Source of the DNA: Octopus sinensis
Taxonomy: Eukaryota
Length of the DNA: 53,668 nucleotides
Assembly (NCBI RefSeq): GCF_006345805.1
Contig: NW_021833895.1
Coordinates: 1 to 53,668 of the forward strand
Direction of reading: 5' to 3'
A program made the translations under genes and the position numbers. The notes under the pieces were generated by a model, which searched no databases, was not told the origin of the DNA, and saw only the letters and a list, made by a program, of their open reading frames with translations. Position 1 is the first letter of the stretch, and each line of letters opens with the position of its first letter. This document shows positions 24,441 to 37,532 of this stretch, one piece after another.

Positions 24441-25003
24441 TTGGGTTGTCCGGAAAGTTCGTGCCAATTTTTAAAGGAAAGAAAAAGGTTAATAAATACT
24501 TGCCATTACATTTTTAATCAACCGAATATGAACCATTTTGTTGCACAATGCGTCTCCATCTTTCCTCTAGCTTGAAAATAACCCTCTTCCCAGAATTGAG
24601 GTGGTTTCATGGCAAAGAATTCATCAGGTATCTTTTTACATCATCCAAGAAATTGAAATTTTTACCATTAAGTCTATATGCAGAGACCTGAATAAGTGGA
24701 AATCCGAAGGAGCAATATGTGGGGAATATGGAGCGGGGTAACACATCCTAGCCGAGCTGTAGGAATTTTTGTCTGGTTCCCAAAGCATCAAGTGCCGAAA
24801 ATGAACTTTCTTATCTTCCATTTTAAAGGGTTACAGAATTAATACAGGTTATAGAAACATAAACCTTCTTCCACGAAAAGATAGCTTAAACTGTGCTCTA
24901 AATGGAGGTGTAGTCAAATCCTGTTTTATGGACTCAACCATGTTCTAAAATAAGTCGAAATGTAAGCTACTATAAATCGGCACGAACTTTCCGGACAACC
25001 CAA
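24441..25003 (-). mobile_element. Mariner internal-deletion derivative (MITE) with TIRs and TA TSD
   Basis: TA|ttgggttgtccggaaagttcgtgcc...ggcacgaactttccggacaacccaa|TA. The minus strand encodes MEDKKVHFRHLMLWE fused to PYSPHIAPSDFHLFRSL. Confidence 0.92.
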
Positions 25004-25029
25004 TATATATTTGGCAGCAAGGTTCGGCG

Positions 25030-25190
25030 CCTTGTCATGCCGCCGGAAAGATTCAGAGTGGTTGTCGGGGAATTTCTACGATTTCACCAGGTTCAGTTTT
25101 TAGTCCCTTAACTCCTTCGATTGTAATCACATTGCTTACTGTGTGTGGGGCGCGCATGCAAAAGAGAACAACCACTCCGTTTGCAATGCC
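25030..25190 (+). pseudogene. Short decayed maT/Tc1-like transposase C-terminal fragment
   Basis: WLSGNFYDF and NSFDCNHIAYCVWGAHAKENN parallel the 39774 element. Confidence 0.45.
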
Positions 25191-25573
25191 AATATAGCTT
25201 TCCAGCAGCAACCTTCAGTAGCCACGAATTGGCCACAGTCTCCAGCAGATTCAAATTACCATCTGAACTGGGCCTAAGTCGTGATATTCTTGTCACGTCT
25301 TACAGCCTTTAAATTGTTCACAGAATACTGAGAAGCAATCGTGATGAAGGCATTTTGATGCCCAGGTTGAATCGTCGTGGTGAAGGTACTTCATGACAGC
25401 TAACTTTTGCTCAGCTCCAACTGTAATTTCTACGCTCTCCAATGAAGTTGACTGTTCACCAATGCATCAAGTTGTTTCTGAAAACAAAGGAGATATAAAG
25501 TATAGTCAAATTCAATACGCCCGCCCCGTGTGTGTATGTATGTGTGTGTGCGAGTGTGTGTATCTACACTTAC

Positions 25574-25681
<108 letters not shown>

Positions 25682-25920
25682 GTGTGTGTGTATAAGGATA
25701 AGATCGATATTTAAATACCAATCTTGTAAGGTGGCCAGTATGGGAATAAATCCTTCAAAGGTAATAATTATTCTTAAAATTATATTTTAGAGTATCTAAG
25801 AGATACCGCCACACTGGAAATAGCAGAGAAAACTTGACTATAAAGCCACATTAAATGTTCATACAGCACCAGGAGAGAAGACAAAGAGACAAAATAAGCT
25901 AGCAAAAAAATTACTGGATA

Positions 25921-25979
25921 ATTCCAGATCCCGGATTTCTGGATCTGCCTAAGAAATGCTCTGCCTTCATCAGTGGAAT
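25921..25979 (-). ncRNA. Hammerhead-like motif in a ~300-bp island between microsatellites
   Basis: Minus strand reads AUUCCA-CUGAUGA-AGG...CCA-GAAA-UCCGGGA-UC-UGGAAU. Stem I is 6 bp, both core boxes are intact, and the triplet is AUC. Stem II closure is imperfect. Confidence 0.6.
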
Positions 25980-26004
25980 ATACTCAGGTAACACATAAAT
26001 ACAA

Positions 26005-26062
<58 letters not shown>

Positions 26063-26202
26063 ATATATATATATAGAGAGAGAGAGAGATAGATAGATAG
26101 ATAGATAGAAAGATAGATATACGTACATATATATCTATATATATATACATACGTAGATATATACACGTAACGACCTTCATATATATACGTATGTACATAT
26201 AA

Positions 26203-26242
<40 letters not shown>

Positions 26243-27848
26243 ATGTATCTATGTGTGTATGTATGCATTTATGTATGCATTTATGTATATATTTATATAT
26301 AACGAGCTTCCCCAGTTTTCGGCAATCAAATTTGGGCCTATAGTAGATTACATCTAACCTAGGTGCCGTGCAGTTGGACTGAACGTGAGTCCACGTTTTT
26401 GTAAAGTGTACATCTTAACGACACAGGTCTGCTGAAGTATAACAGGCGAATTTGACTAATTTCTTTGCAGAACACTTAATCTCGGAACGATTTTTTTTTT
26501 AACCAAGCATCCTAATTAAATGAAATTGTTTTAATTGTTTTTACTCCTTTATGTGTATTCCATGCTGAAATGCACCTCAGTGTGTTCTGAAACTGTTTCA
26601 GTAGATTCTAGACTTTCGATGAGAAAGTGTTACTTGGATGCTGTTCCGTCTCCTTTAGAAATTCTCCATTTCTGTAGAAAAGGGCGATGTGAATGGTCTA
26701 CCAAGTTTTTAGTAACTTAACCTATGTGTGTGTATGTGTGAGTGTGTGAGAGAGAGAAAGAGAGATAGAGAAAGAGAGAGAAAGAAATGGGGGGACGAGG
26801 GATAAATACATGGAGACAAGGATAACCAAGGTGCTACGCAGTGGCACTGAACTCGGAACCATGAAGTTAGGAAGCAAGCTTCTTACCACATAGCTTCTTT
26901 CTCAATATTGTTAGCCAACTATGCTTGTTACTGTTTTGGATTTAGCCGCTGGTTATCTCCAATCCAGCAGATACGTCCAAGCATTCACGTTGTGACCAAC
27001 TGTATTCTTTTCATAAACCTATAGTTAGGACTGCATTCTCAAATGTGTTATATCAAAGCGACTACACAGAGATTTCCTCGTTGGTGAGTTGGGTGTGTGA
27101 GTATGTGTAATTCGGTCTGTCTAGGTCTTTGATGTGCCTGTGTATGTGTACATGGCTTTGTGAACATTTGTTATAAGCTGTATGCGTATTTCCTGTGCAT
27201 GTGTATATGTGTGGGCTGGGTCTTGTGTTTAATGTAACACATGTATGTGTGTCTCTGTGAGCTGTGCATTGTATATGTGTGTTGTGTATATGTATATTAC
27301 AATCAATATAGGTTGAAATAATTATATGGAGAATTATTTAGATCAGTGTACAGACCTGATAACATAAAAGCTTGCTTTCTTTCATTTCCCACTCTTTTTT
27401 TACACATTTCCATTAGAACTATATCTTGGTATCAATTCTATATATCAATCAGTCTGTACGTTAATAAAACGGAAAGAGATTAACGGAAGAGACGAAATTA
27501 TCAATTCTAAAAGTAAAAATCTGAAATTTATCAAGGAAAATGCGAGACAATCTGCTATGAAATTTTAATGAATAATTATGAAGGTAAGAGTGAGAGAAAC
27601 AGTGAAATTTTCATTGTTATTCGTGCTGATGTTGACCAAAATGCGTAGTATATTCCTGTAATATTGAATAACGCCAAAATGTGGATGTATATATATATAT
27701 GTCTGAATATCTGCAGACCACTTCAAACGGAAAATAGTAGCGAGTTATTTCATTGGTCGAAAACTGAAAATATACTTTTAATAAGCGTCGTTTTTACACA
27801 CCCTGTATTTTGTCTGTACGAAATCATGTATAAGAATAATTCACAAAC

Positions 27849-28500
27849 AGGCGCAGGAGTGGCTGTATGATAAGTAGCTTGCTTACCAACCACATGGTTC
27901 CGGGTTCAGTCCCACTGCGTGGCACCTTGGTCAAGTGTCTTCTACTATAGCCTCGGGTCGACCAAAGCCTTGTGAGTGGATTTGGTAGACGGAAACTGAA
28001 AGAAGCCCGTCGTATATATGTATATGTATATTTCTTTATTGCCCACAAGGGGCTAAACATAGAGAGGACAAACAAGGACAGACAAAGGGATTAAGTCGAT
28101 TACATCGACCCCAGTGCGTAACTGGTACTTAATTTATCGACCCCGAAAGGATGAAAGGCAAAGTCGACCTCGGCGGAATTTGAACTCAGAACGTAACAGC
28201 AGACGAAATACGACTACGCATTTCGCCCAGTGTGCTAACATTTCTGCCAGCTCGCCGCCTTCATATATGTATATGTATATATGCGTCTGTGTGTTTGTAT
28301 GTCTGTGTTTGTCCCCACAACATCACTTGACAACCGATGCTGGTGTGTTTAAGTCTCTGTAACTTAGCGGTTCGGTAAAAGAGACCGATAGATTAAGTAC
28401 TATGCTTACAAAGAATAAGTCCTGGGGTCGATTTGCTCGACTAAAGGCGGTGCTCCAGCATGGCCGCAGTCAAATGACTGAAACCAAAGAGTAAAATAAA
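27849..28500 (+). mobile_element. Full-length family B SINE interrupted by a family A SINE
   Basis: Head at 27849, tail catggccgcagtcaaatgactgaaac at about 28460. Confidence 0.9.
28032..28262 (-). mobile_element. SINE family A (single body unit) nested in the family B internal microsatellite, 18-bp TSD
   Basis: TSD atatatgtatatgtatat at 28014-28031 and 28263-28280. Confidence 0.88.
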
Positions 28501-29595
28501 CATATAACATGACATGTCTTTATTGGGACGCATCCACTTCTATGGCGGTTATTCTCAGTTCTAAGTACAAGCTTCGAATCAAATCTGTATTCGGTGGCCC
28601 ACCCACGTATGCCCAGAGCATTCATGTCACTCTGCCCAATTCAATAACTATTCTGTTATTCAAGCAGATGTGGGCCGAATACTGAACACGTTCAGTGTAT
28701 GCAACCGTAGCATTTAGTAGTGCACATATTTTTTGTTCGAGTACATGTATACATTCATACATCCGCTGGCCACTTCAGAAATATTATAGTAGCGAATGAT
28801 GTCATAGGTCGAATATTGAAAAACGTAAATTGATAACCTGGTATTACGATAAACATTCGATCATCTTTCAGTAAATCTCCTGGACAGCGCAATCTATGTT
28901 TCATGTGTCGAATGCATGGTTATCAAATAAGCAAGCCTCTCTGCACGATCAGCCGCATCATAGCTGGGAAAGTATGGTCATTATGTTTGGAACCTCATGC
29001 CGATTTCTCTTGCACTGAAATATCCGGAAGAAACTAGATTCAACATTTTACGAACGATAAAGCATATTTGAAATAAGTATTTATTATAGATATGCGATAT
29101 TACTAGGAACAAACATTAGTAAAACCAATGGACGGTTTTAGTTTTAGGTGTAGACTCTGGGTTCAGTGACAGTCCGTGACATGTTAAGCAGATTTTATCT
29201 CATAGATCCCGGGGTCGAGCAAAGCTTTCAATATGAAATTGGTAGAGGAAAATGTTCGGGTAAGAATGGAAGAAAACTGCTTAGTGAAGATCATAAAAAT
29301 GTCCACAGATAAATGCCTTAACAATGCAAGTACAAGGGACTATAAACAGACTAGTACAATCGGAAGTGAAAAGCACATACGAATACATACATACATACAT
29401 ACATACATACACGCATACATACACACACACACATATATATATATGTATATATCCATAGATAGACATAGGTACACGCGCGTATACACTTACACACAGAAAC
29501 ATTGATACATCACTAAGCAACCAGACGGACATATATATACACATACATATGTAAAAGAAAACCTGTATATACGTATAAATACAGTTATATGTGTG

Positions 29596-29643
<48 letters not shown>

Positions 29644-29777
29644 TGTGTACGCACAGGTTCATACATAAACAGGACAGACAGAGAGACACACACGCAGATA
29701 CATATATAAATATTTATTCATATATTTCTTTATTTATTAATATATATCTTCATATAAATATATATATATATAGATAT

Positions 29778-29864
<87 letters not shown>

Positions 29865-30569
29865 TAGATATATAGTTATATACACATCTACATATACATA
29901 TATACATGCACATACATATACCTATCTATACACACATATATGCATACACGCATAGAGACACTGACGTATAGAAATATATACAAATGAATCCCTCGAAAGA
30001 CATATATATAATTCTGCAATCAGTGGCCATAAGTGCATGCAAAAAAAAGAAACGTACTATAATTTCATAAATATATGTATAGATAAATGAACATTTGCAT
30101 ATAAATCTATGTGACAGTGGGCACGTAATTAGATAAACGGTCATGAATTTACAGGTACTTGTATAGATATAGGCAGTGTCACAAAGTCACTGGTTTTGCA
30201 ACTAGCAAACTAGTTAGAGAAAATTGAGGTTAGAAGAAGAGAACGAAGGGGGAAGGGAAGCGAAGAGGGGAGGAGGAAGAGGAGGAAGAAGAAGGAGGAG
30301 GGGGAAGAAGAAGGAGGAGGAGGAGGTGGAGGAGAAGAAGAAGAAGAAGAAGAAGAAGAAGAAGAGTCTAGCTCAGAACTTCATTAGTACTTTTTATTGA
30401 CACTGGATGTAAATTGACGTATTTGCACAGTATTTAACATTAGCAAAATAAATTATGATTTTATTCAATATATTCCCCTCTCAGATTCACACGCAATTCG
30501 ATATACGCTTATGCACCATGATATACACGATATATATATATATATATATAATATATATATATATATATT

Positions 30570-31380
30570 CATTATTCTCAAAGAAGTATGTTTTTCACAG
30601 TGGCATCGAAGTTTCGGCCAGTTAAAATCATCGTAAAACTGCAATGCATTGAAGTTAATCTTGGCTTTATGTAGTCTCTGTTGAGCTAAAATCTTCCTCG
30701 GCTGTGAGATTTGAGTGGAGTGGTCACTGGCTGTGAGGTAGGTTGTTATGGAGAGGTGTTTTGGATAAATTTTTATTGATTGGACTTGGAGATGTTTAGA
30801 ATGTATTCATGCATGTAGAACATTGTAAGCAGGTTTGAATATCCGTGTGTGACCCTTTCGACAAGTTGATGATAGGATATCTCAGGCGTCTTAAGTATTT
30901 TTGATGTTATTGGATCTAATCATTTACTTTCACAGTGAAATGGTCGATGATATAAAGTTTAATCCAGTATTTAATATCATTGTACCTGGCTGTGCCAACA
31001 TTGTTGTAACGGAATCTTTTATAGGTTTACAAAAGAATGCATGAATGAGGAATGTTTTAGCTTGTGACTTTCTTTACTTGTTAGTATTGTTTAGAGAATT
31101 TCCTAGTTTCGTTTGGAGGTTGTGGGTTATCACTCAGGTATGTCATGGTGCTGTTAGTATATAAATTTGTTTCTCTCATGCTTTGATGTTCACAAAAGGA
31201 CTTGAGTGAGTGTAAATGCTGTTGGCTTGTATGTTTCTCTGTGAGTATGTCTCCCTGTATTTTATAAGTAGTTTGATTAGTACCCTTGTGTTTTATAGAG
31301 GTAGAGTTTGTAGGCTATGTGCTTACAAATAACTTCATTTCTTCTTCAAACGTGGCTATTTAATAATATATCATTTTAGG
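30570..31380 (-). pseudogene. Possible highly decayed Penelope-like element remnant
   Basis: Minus-strand fragments ETYKPT and YLRRLRYPIIN resemble the PLE RT C-terminal VYRKPT and GYP motifs. A degenerate CCGAGGA...GAAAC motif lies at 30702-30611. No continuous ORF. Confidence 0.3.
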
Positions 31381-32591
31381 CATCTGAGTACTTGCGAAAG
31401 TGGGGCATTATGAAAGTTGCATATAGCCATGTATAAAAACTGGAAAATAAAATTTCATTTCAAAACGACGAAAGAAATAAGAGAAACGGAAAAAATGATT
31501 TAACATTTAACTGCCTTGTATGGAGTTGTTATTTCGTGTAGTATTTTATCACGTGAAGGAAAGTGTGAGAAAAATGTTCTTACTAGTTTTAGGTAATCAG
31601 TTTGAGGTAGACGAGATATATATATATATTATATATATAATATATATATATATATATACTAATTTTTTACATTATCGCTCTAATAAGGGCTTACTTTCAT
31701 ATTCTTTAGGTGTAAAGACTAATGAATATTTGTGCTACATGCAAACATGAAAATGTATAAGTATCGGCCAGAATTATATTGGGACATTTCAGTGTGACTA
31801 AGAAGCTCATTTTGTAAGATTATAAAGCAATGAAGGGATGGGTATACACAGGAAAAGCCTAACATATTTCCTGTTGTGCTGGCGATTCTCGTTATAACCA
31901 ATTGGGGAAATACCCTGCAGAAATAGAAGGGATCGTAAGACGTATTAATGTCTAAGGTTACGGATTTGAGAATCACCAATTTACTGAGCCCTTGTTGTGT
32001 AATGTAACCTTTGCTCAAATACGATGTGGTATCACAAAGTTCACAGACTAGTTCTGTTGCGCATCAACAAACAGTAACACACTGTTGCCATCGCAAAGAG
32101 AGCCAGTGGTGACCACGATGAAGCAGTGTGCTGAGTGACATTGCTGTGTTAACTTCGTATGTCGTAACATTTGCGCTTTTGTGATCACGTGTATGTGTAG
32201 TCTGCGATTTTGTCACGAAGAGGAAATTGGAATCACGTCAAAGGAACGCTTTAAAAACGGGGCGACGCATATATTATGCAAATATATTTATGCATGTGTG
32301 TGTGTGTCTCCAATACACCAGTATGGATTTCCTTAGAAGTTTTTACAATAACACCACCATTGTCATCATTATCATAATCTTCGTTACTGTAGAGTTAATT
32401 AGAACCTACACTCAGATAACGAGAAAATCACCTCCTGGAAAAAGCAGTCAAATTCTCCTGTAATCTCATGCAAAAAAATTTAAGTATACACACAATCGCA
32501 TTTATACATTGTATTCCTATTTGTACAACGTTTGGTAATTATATATACACGCACGCACGCACACACGCACACACACACACACACACACATG

Positions 32592-32622
<31 letters not shown>

Positions 32623-32654
32623 CGTATATATATGTACGTATATGTATATGCATG

Positions 32655-32825
<171 letters not shown>

Positions 32826-33238
32826 GTATGTATGTATGTATATATATGAGTGTGCATATCTATACATATGTATGTAGACATATATATAAGTATGTAAAAA
32901 CATATATATGTGTGTATGTGTGTATTTGAGTGCGTGTATACGTGCGTGTATGTAAATACATAAAAACGAACTAAACTCTTCGACTAATTAATTTTGGCTT
33001 CGTTGAGAATGTTTCAAGATGGCAGTGATGTTTCAAGCATTGTTTTGAAAACAATTATACCATCAATCGACTAGATTAGTTGTGGCATATTGGAGGAGGA
33101 ATGGTCTGGGGGGGGGGAGAACTGCTATTTGATCACTGTCTGTCTCCGTTTCATTGCCTGTCTGTATTAGTTTTCCTTTTTCCGTTAAATACTTCACCTG
33201 AACAGTTATCGCCATCTCATGTACGTACGCGCCTGTGT

Positions 33239-33280
<42 letters not shown>

Positions 33281-33339
33281 CACACATATACATATGCATG
33301 AATACATACATACGTACATATATATATATAATATATATA

Positions 33340-33384
<45 letters not shown>

Positions 33385-33747
33385 AGTCGTGTTTATGTGT
33401 GTGGTCTAGGTATGGATTTAAACTTCATTCATTAGTGGGGTCAGGAATGGCCAAGATTTTGAGCATTGTGAAATCGCCTCTTAGCCAAAAGTTTGCTTAA
33501 GTCTAGTCTGAATCGAAAACGTGCTAGATCCCTTGCTATAGGTTAATTGACATGTCAGTCGGGCAGATGTATTGCCATGACCAAGATGTGATTGAGGTAC
33601 ACCGTCCAAAAGAAAGAAATCCTAATTCCACACCACAGCCACATTGCGGGAATCATAAATGCCCATAGGAAATCATCCTGTATGAAATCTGAAATATATA
33701 TATTATATATATATTATTATATTATTATATATATATATATATATATA

Positions 33748-33940
33748 GGGAGAGTTTACGAAAAAAAACAAAAGACGAAGACAGGTGGTGTACGAAACAA
33801 ATAGATGTATTAGTATAATGCTCAGGAATGTAAAAATGTCTTTTACGTTTCGAGCCTACGCTCTTCAACAAGAAAGGGACATAGACAAAACAAGGAGAGA
33901 AACAAGGAGAGAAATGAAGGAGAGAAAAAATGCGTGTAGT
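33748..33940 (-). mobile_element. Short element related to family E, with a degenerate hammerhead (TTGAAGA...GAAACGTA)
   Basis: Shares gctcagga, acgtttcgagc and gctcttc with family E. Flanked by (TA)n. Confidence 0.55.
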
Positions 33941-33948
33941 AGCTAATG

Positions 33949-33985
<37 letters not shown>

Positions 33986-34095
33986 ATTATATATATATTA
34001 TATATATATTATATATATATATATATATGTGTGTGTATATATATATGCATATATATATATATACACACACACATATATATATATATATATGTATG

Positions 34096-34131
<36 letters not shown>

Positions 34132-34161
34132 AATATATATATATATTCATTCAAACATATA

Positions 34162-34724
34162 ATGTTTGAATGTATATTATATAGTCTATTGACTATTTTT
34201 TTCTTTCTCCCTTGACCGCTGGTAGTGGAGAATTTTTCTAGAACTTTTTGCTACCATAAAATTTATTAATTAATGATTTTTGGGCTAATTTTGAAATTAA
34301 ATCAGCAGTTTATATTTACTGCTGAGAAAACCGCGCGAGAGTGGTGGATTTTGAAAAGTTATAGCATATAGACTCGAGCCATGGCTATTATCGCCTCGTG
34401 GCTATATGCTAGTCCTTGGCTTTCTGCAGGAGAGTGCAACGCCAGTCGTAAATAAATTTATTTTATTTACAAAAGATTGCCGAAACTATGCATAGTCCTG
34501 AAAGGATAGGGTAAACGTTATTATTTCCCTTTCCATTTCAGAATTACAACTATTAGTGGTTTGGAATTTAACTGCTCTTTCTAGTGAGTCGGATGTCCTA
34601 TTATGGCCATCCCTTATATGTTTGAATGTATATTACATAGTCTATTGGCTATTTTTTCTTTCTCACTTGACCGCTGGTAATGGAGAATTTTTCTGGAATT
34701 TTTTGCTACCCTAAAATTTATTAA
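34162..34724 (+). repeat. Partial tandem: 107-bp direct repeats at a 456-bp period, enclosing a hammerhead-like stem III
   Basis: 34162-34268 matches 34618-34724. GAAAC at 34482 is followed by the palindrome ACTATGCATAGT and C. Confidence 0.8.
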
Positions 34725-34815
34725 AAAATATATATATATTCATATATACATACAAGTGTATATGTGTGTAAAGGTATATATATGTATATATGTGTATATA
34801 TATATATATATATAT

Positions 34816-35015
34816 AAAGTTAATCCAGACAAGAAAACAAAAAGACAACAACGCGAGGATGTGGAACAAATAAAGTATTATTGGGCGCTCAGGAAAAAGG
34901 GAAGAAGATGGTATGACGTTTCGAGCGGAGCTCTTCCTCGGAAAACATAGAGAAAGAAGATCCCTAGGTGTGAGAACAGAGGAAAAAAAATTCAAGTGGT
35001 CTTCACGAGGTCACA
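34816..35015 (-). mobile_element. Family E ~200-bp element with minimal hammerhead-like motif
   Basis: Minus strand reads CCGAGGA-A-GAGC-TCC-GCTC-GAAAC-GTC (34941-34915). Homologous to 44186 and 48853. Confidence 0.8.
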
Positions 35016-35712
35016 TATATTGCTATTTTGGGGGTAATGTGTCCTGTAATTATCTCACGCGTGTTTACGTACTTTTCATGTTAGTGATGTCCGTACTTAA
35101 TATTTATTTTTATAATTGAACGCCATTCAGACTTGTCCACAGGAAGTTTTTACATTTACATATAATTTCTCCGACTCTACACTCTGTTTTCTTTCTTTCT
35201 CGCTATCCCTTTACAATCCTTCAAATTTTCTTTATCTCCCCTCCTTCCTTTCTGCTCCCTACCTGTATTTTGTTCCCTCTCCCTTCTTCTCACTCTCTTT
35301 ATTTATTTCCCTCAGTCCCTCTCTTGTCCCCCTTCTCATCTGCCTGTTGCTCACACTTGATTAGAGCCATTTCTCTCATGTCTTTCTTTTCGGGATGAGA
35401 CGTCCATCTTACTGGACATCATTTCTCTCGCTGCTCGACATTTTTCTCTACTACTACTTTCTTCTCTTCTACTTATACTATATCCTTTGACAATTTCTCC
35501 TAGGCGTTACCCATTACAATTCGTTTTAGCCTAACGGCCCTTTATGTTTGTCATTTTCGGTTGTTTACTCTCTACATAAATTTTATATCTTCAAAATTTC
35601 TGGATGCTGCTATCTTATGAAGTTTTCCTACTTCGCCGTTGAAAGTAGGAAATAGGGAGTAGTAAAACAGTCGACAACTGAGGAGGAGTTATCGTCTTTT
35701 AGTATTTCGTCC

Positions 35713-35834
35713 TGTACTTATTTCTCATGTGTTTACGTATTTTTCACTCGTTGGTGATAGCCTATATATAAATATATATATATAGGCTATCACCAACTAG
35801 TGGAAAATACGTAAACAGACGAGAAATAAGTACA
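35713..35834. repeat. Inverted repeat with ~58-bp arms centred on (TA)n
   Basis: The left arm matches the reverse complement of the right arm with 4 mismatches. Confidence 0.9.
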
Positions 35835-35910
35835 CACATATGTATATATATATATATATATACATATGTGTGTGTGTAAATGATATAAGATAGATATAGA
35901 GATAGATAGG

Positions 35911-36040
<130 letters not shown>

Positions 36041-37037
36041 TTATATACGCTACATATGTCCATATGTGTATATGATCGCGTGTATGTGTGTGATTTGTTA
36101 TATATGTTCATGTATACAGATATAAAAAATGTATGCCGATGTCTATTTGGGAAACTATAACATATATGTGTGTTGTTGTATATACGTGCATCTATTTCTA
36201 TAGATTATATATATATATATATGCAGTATGAGTGTTGATATGTGCGTGTGAGATCGTGTGTGTTTGTGTGTGTGTGTAGTAAAAGCTATTTTAGCATGCT
36301 GTGAAGATATAGAAGTTAAAAGAAAATATATGATGTCATTTAGCAACACGTTTTATTGCTGAGTCTCTCAGAAAGTTCTTTTTACAGAAAAAAAATGTGC
36401 TAATGTACTATAAAATGTTCGTAGAGGAGTTCACTAAGTTTGTTTGCCGTAAGGAAAGGTAAAAAAAATAAAGAAATCTTGTCAAACAATTCTACTTCGG
36501 TGATGAATTGTAAAGTGTGCTATTCACACATGTTGCAAAATTGCGAGAGAAAAATAATGATATAAATAGGTAAAGTGGCAGAAGGTAGTGATAATGAGAA
36601 GCCAATAGGGGTAGTTTAAGTAGTGGGTAAGATGTACGATAGGGGAAGAAGTTGGGTAGAATTAATGGTAGGAGGTTAAATTGTATAGAAAGAACTTTGT
36701 TAGGTAAAATGTTTGAGACGTGGAGAAGTTCTGGCCAGATGTGTAAGGTCATAAGAAAACACCGCAAACGAAGTAATGTTGAAAGACTTTATCAAAAAGA
36801 GTTCATTTCGTTTTTAAGCGGGGCTAAGTTTAAGGTTACGAGCTAAAACAGACTTGGGAGTAGATTTTTGAGAGGGCGTTAGGCGTAAAGGGTATTGAAT
36901 ATGAGTGCTATATACAGAAATGAAAATGTTTAAGTATCGGCCAGGATTGTATTCTGATATGGCTTCGTGATTAAGAATTCGCTTTGCAAGATCAGTAAGG
37001 AATTACACGGGTACTAAGACATTGGTATTCACATGGC

Positions 37038-37446
37038 GAGCTGGCAGAATCGTTAGCACGCCGGGCGAAATGCTTAGCGGGATTTCGGCTGCCTCTACGT
37101 TCTGAGTTCAAATTCCGCCGAGGTCGACTTTGCCTTTCATCCTTTCGGGGTCGATTAAATAAGTACCAGTTACGCACTGGGGTCGATATAATCGACTTAA
37201 TCCGTTTGTCTTTCCTTGTTTGTCTTCTCTGTGTTTAGCCCCTTGTGGGTAGTAAAGAAATAGGTATTTCGTCTGCCACTACGTTCTGAGTTCAAATTCC
37301 GCCGAGGTCGACTTTGCCTTTCATCCTTTCGGGGTCGATTAAATAAGTACCAGTTACGCACTGGGGTCGATATAATCGACTTAATCCGTATCTCTGTCCT
37401 TGTTTGTCCTCTCTGTGTTTAGCCCATTGTGGGTCGTAAAGAAGTA
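37038..37446 (+). mobile_element. SINE family A, two body units, 14-bp TSD
   Basis: TSD ggtattcacatggc at 37024-37037 and 37447-37460. Unit period is 184 bp. Confidence 0.92.
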
Positions 37447-37532
37447 GGTATTCACATGGCAAGCCTAACATGGTTCCCTGTCGTAGTGGCGATTCTCATT
37501 ATAGCCAATCGGTGGAATACCCTACAGATATA

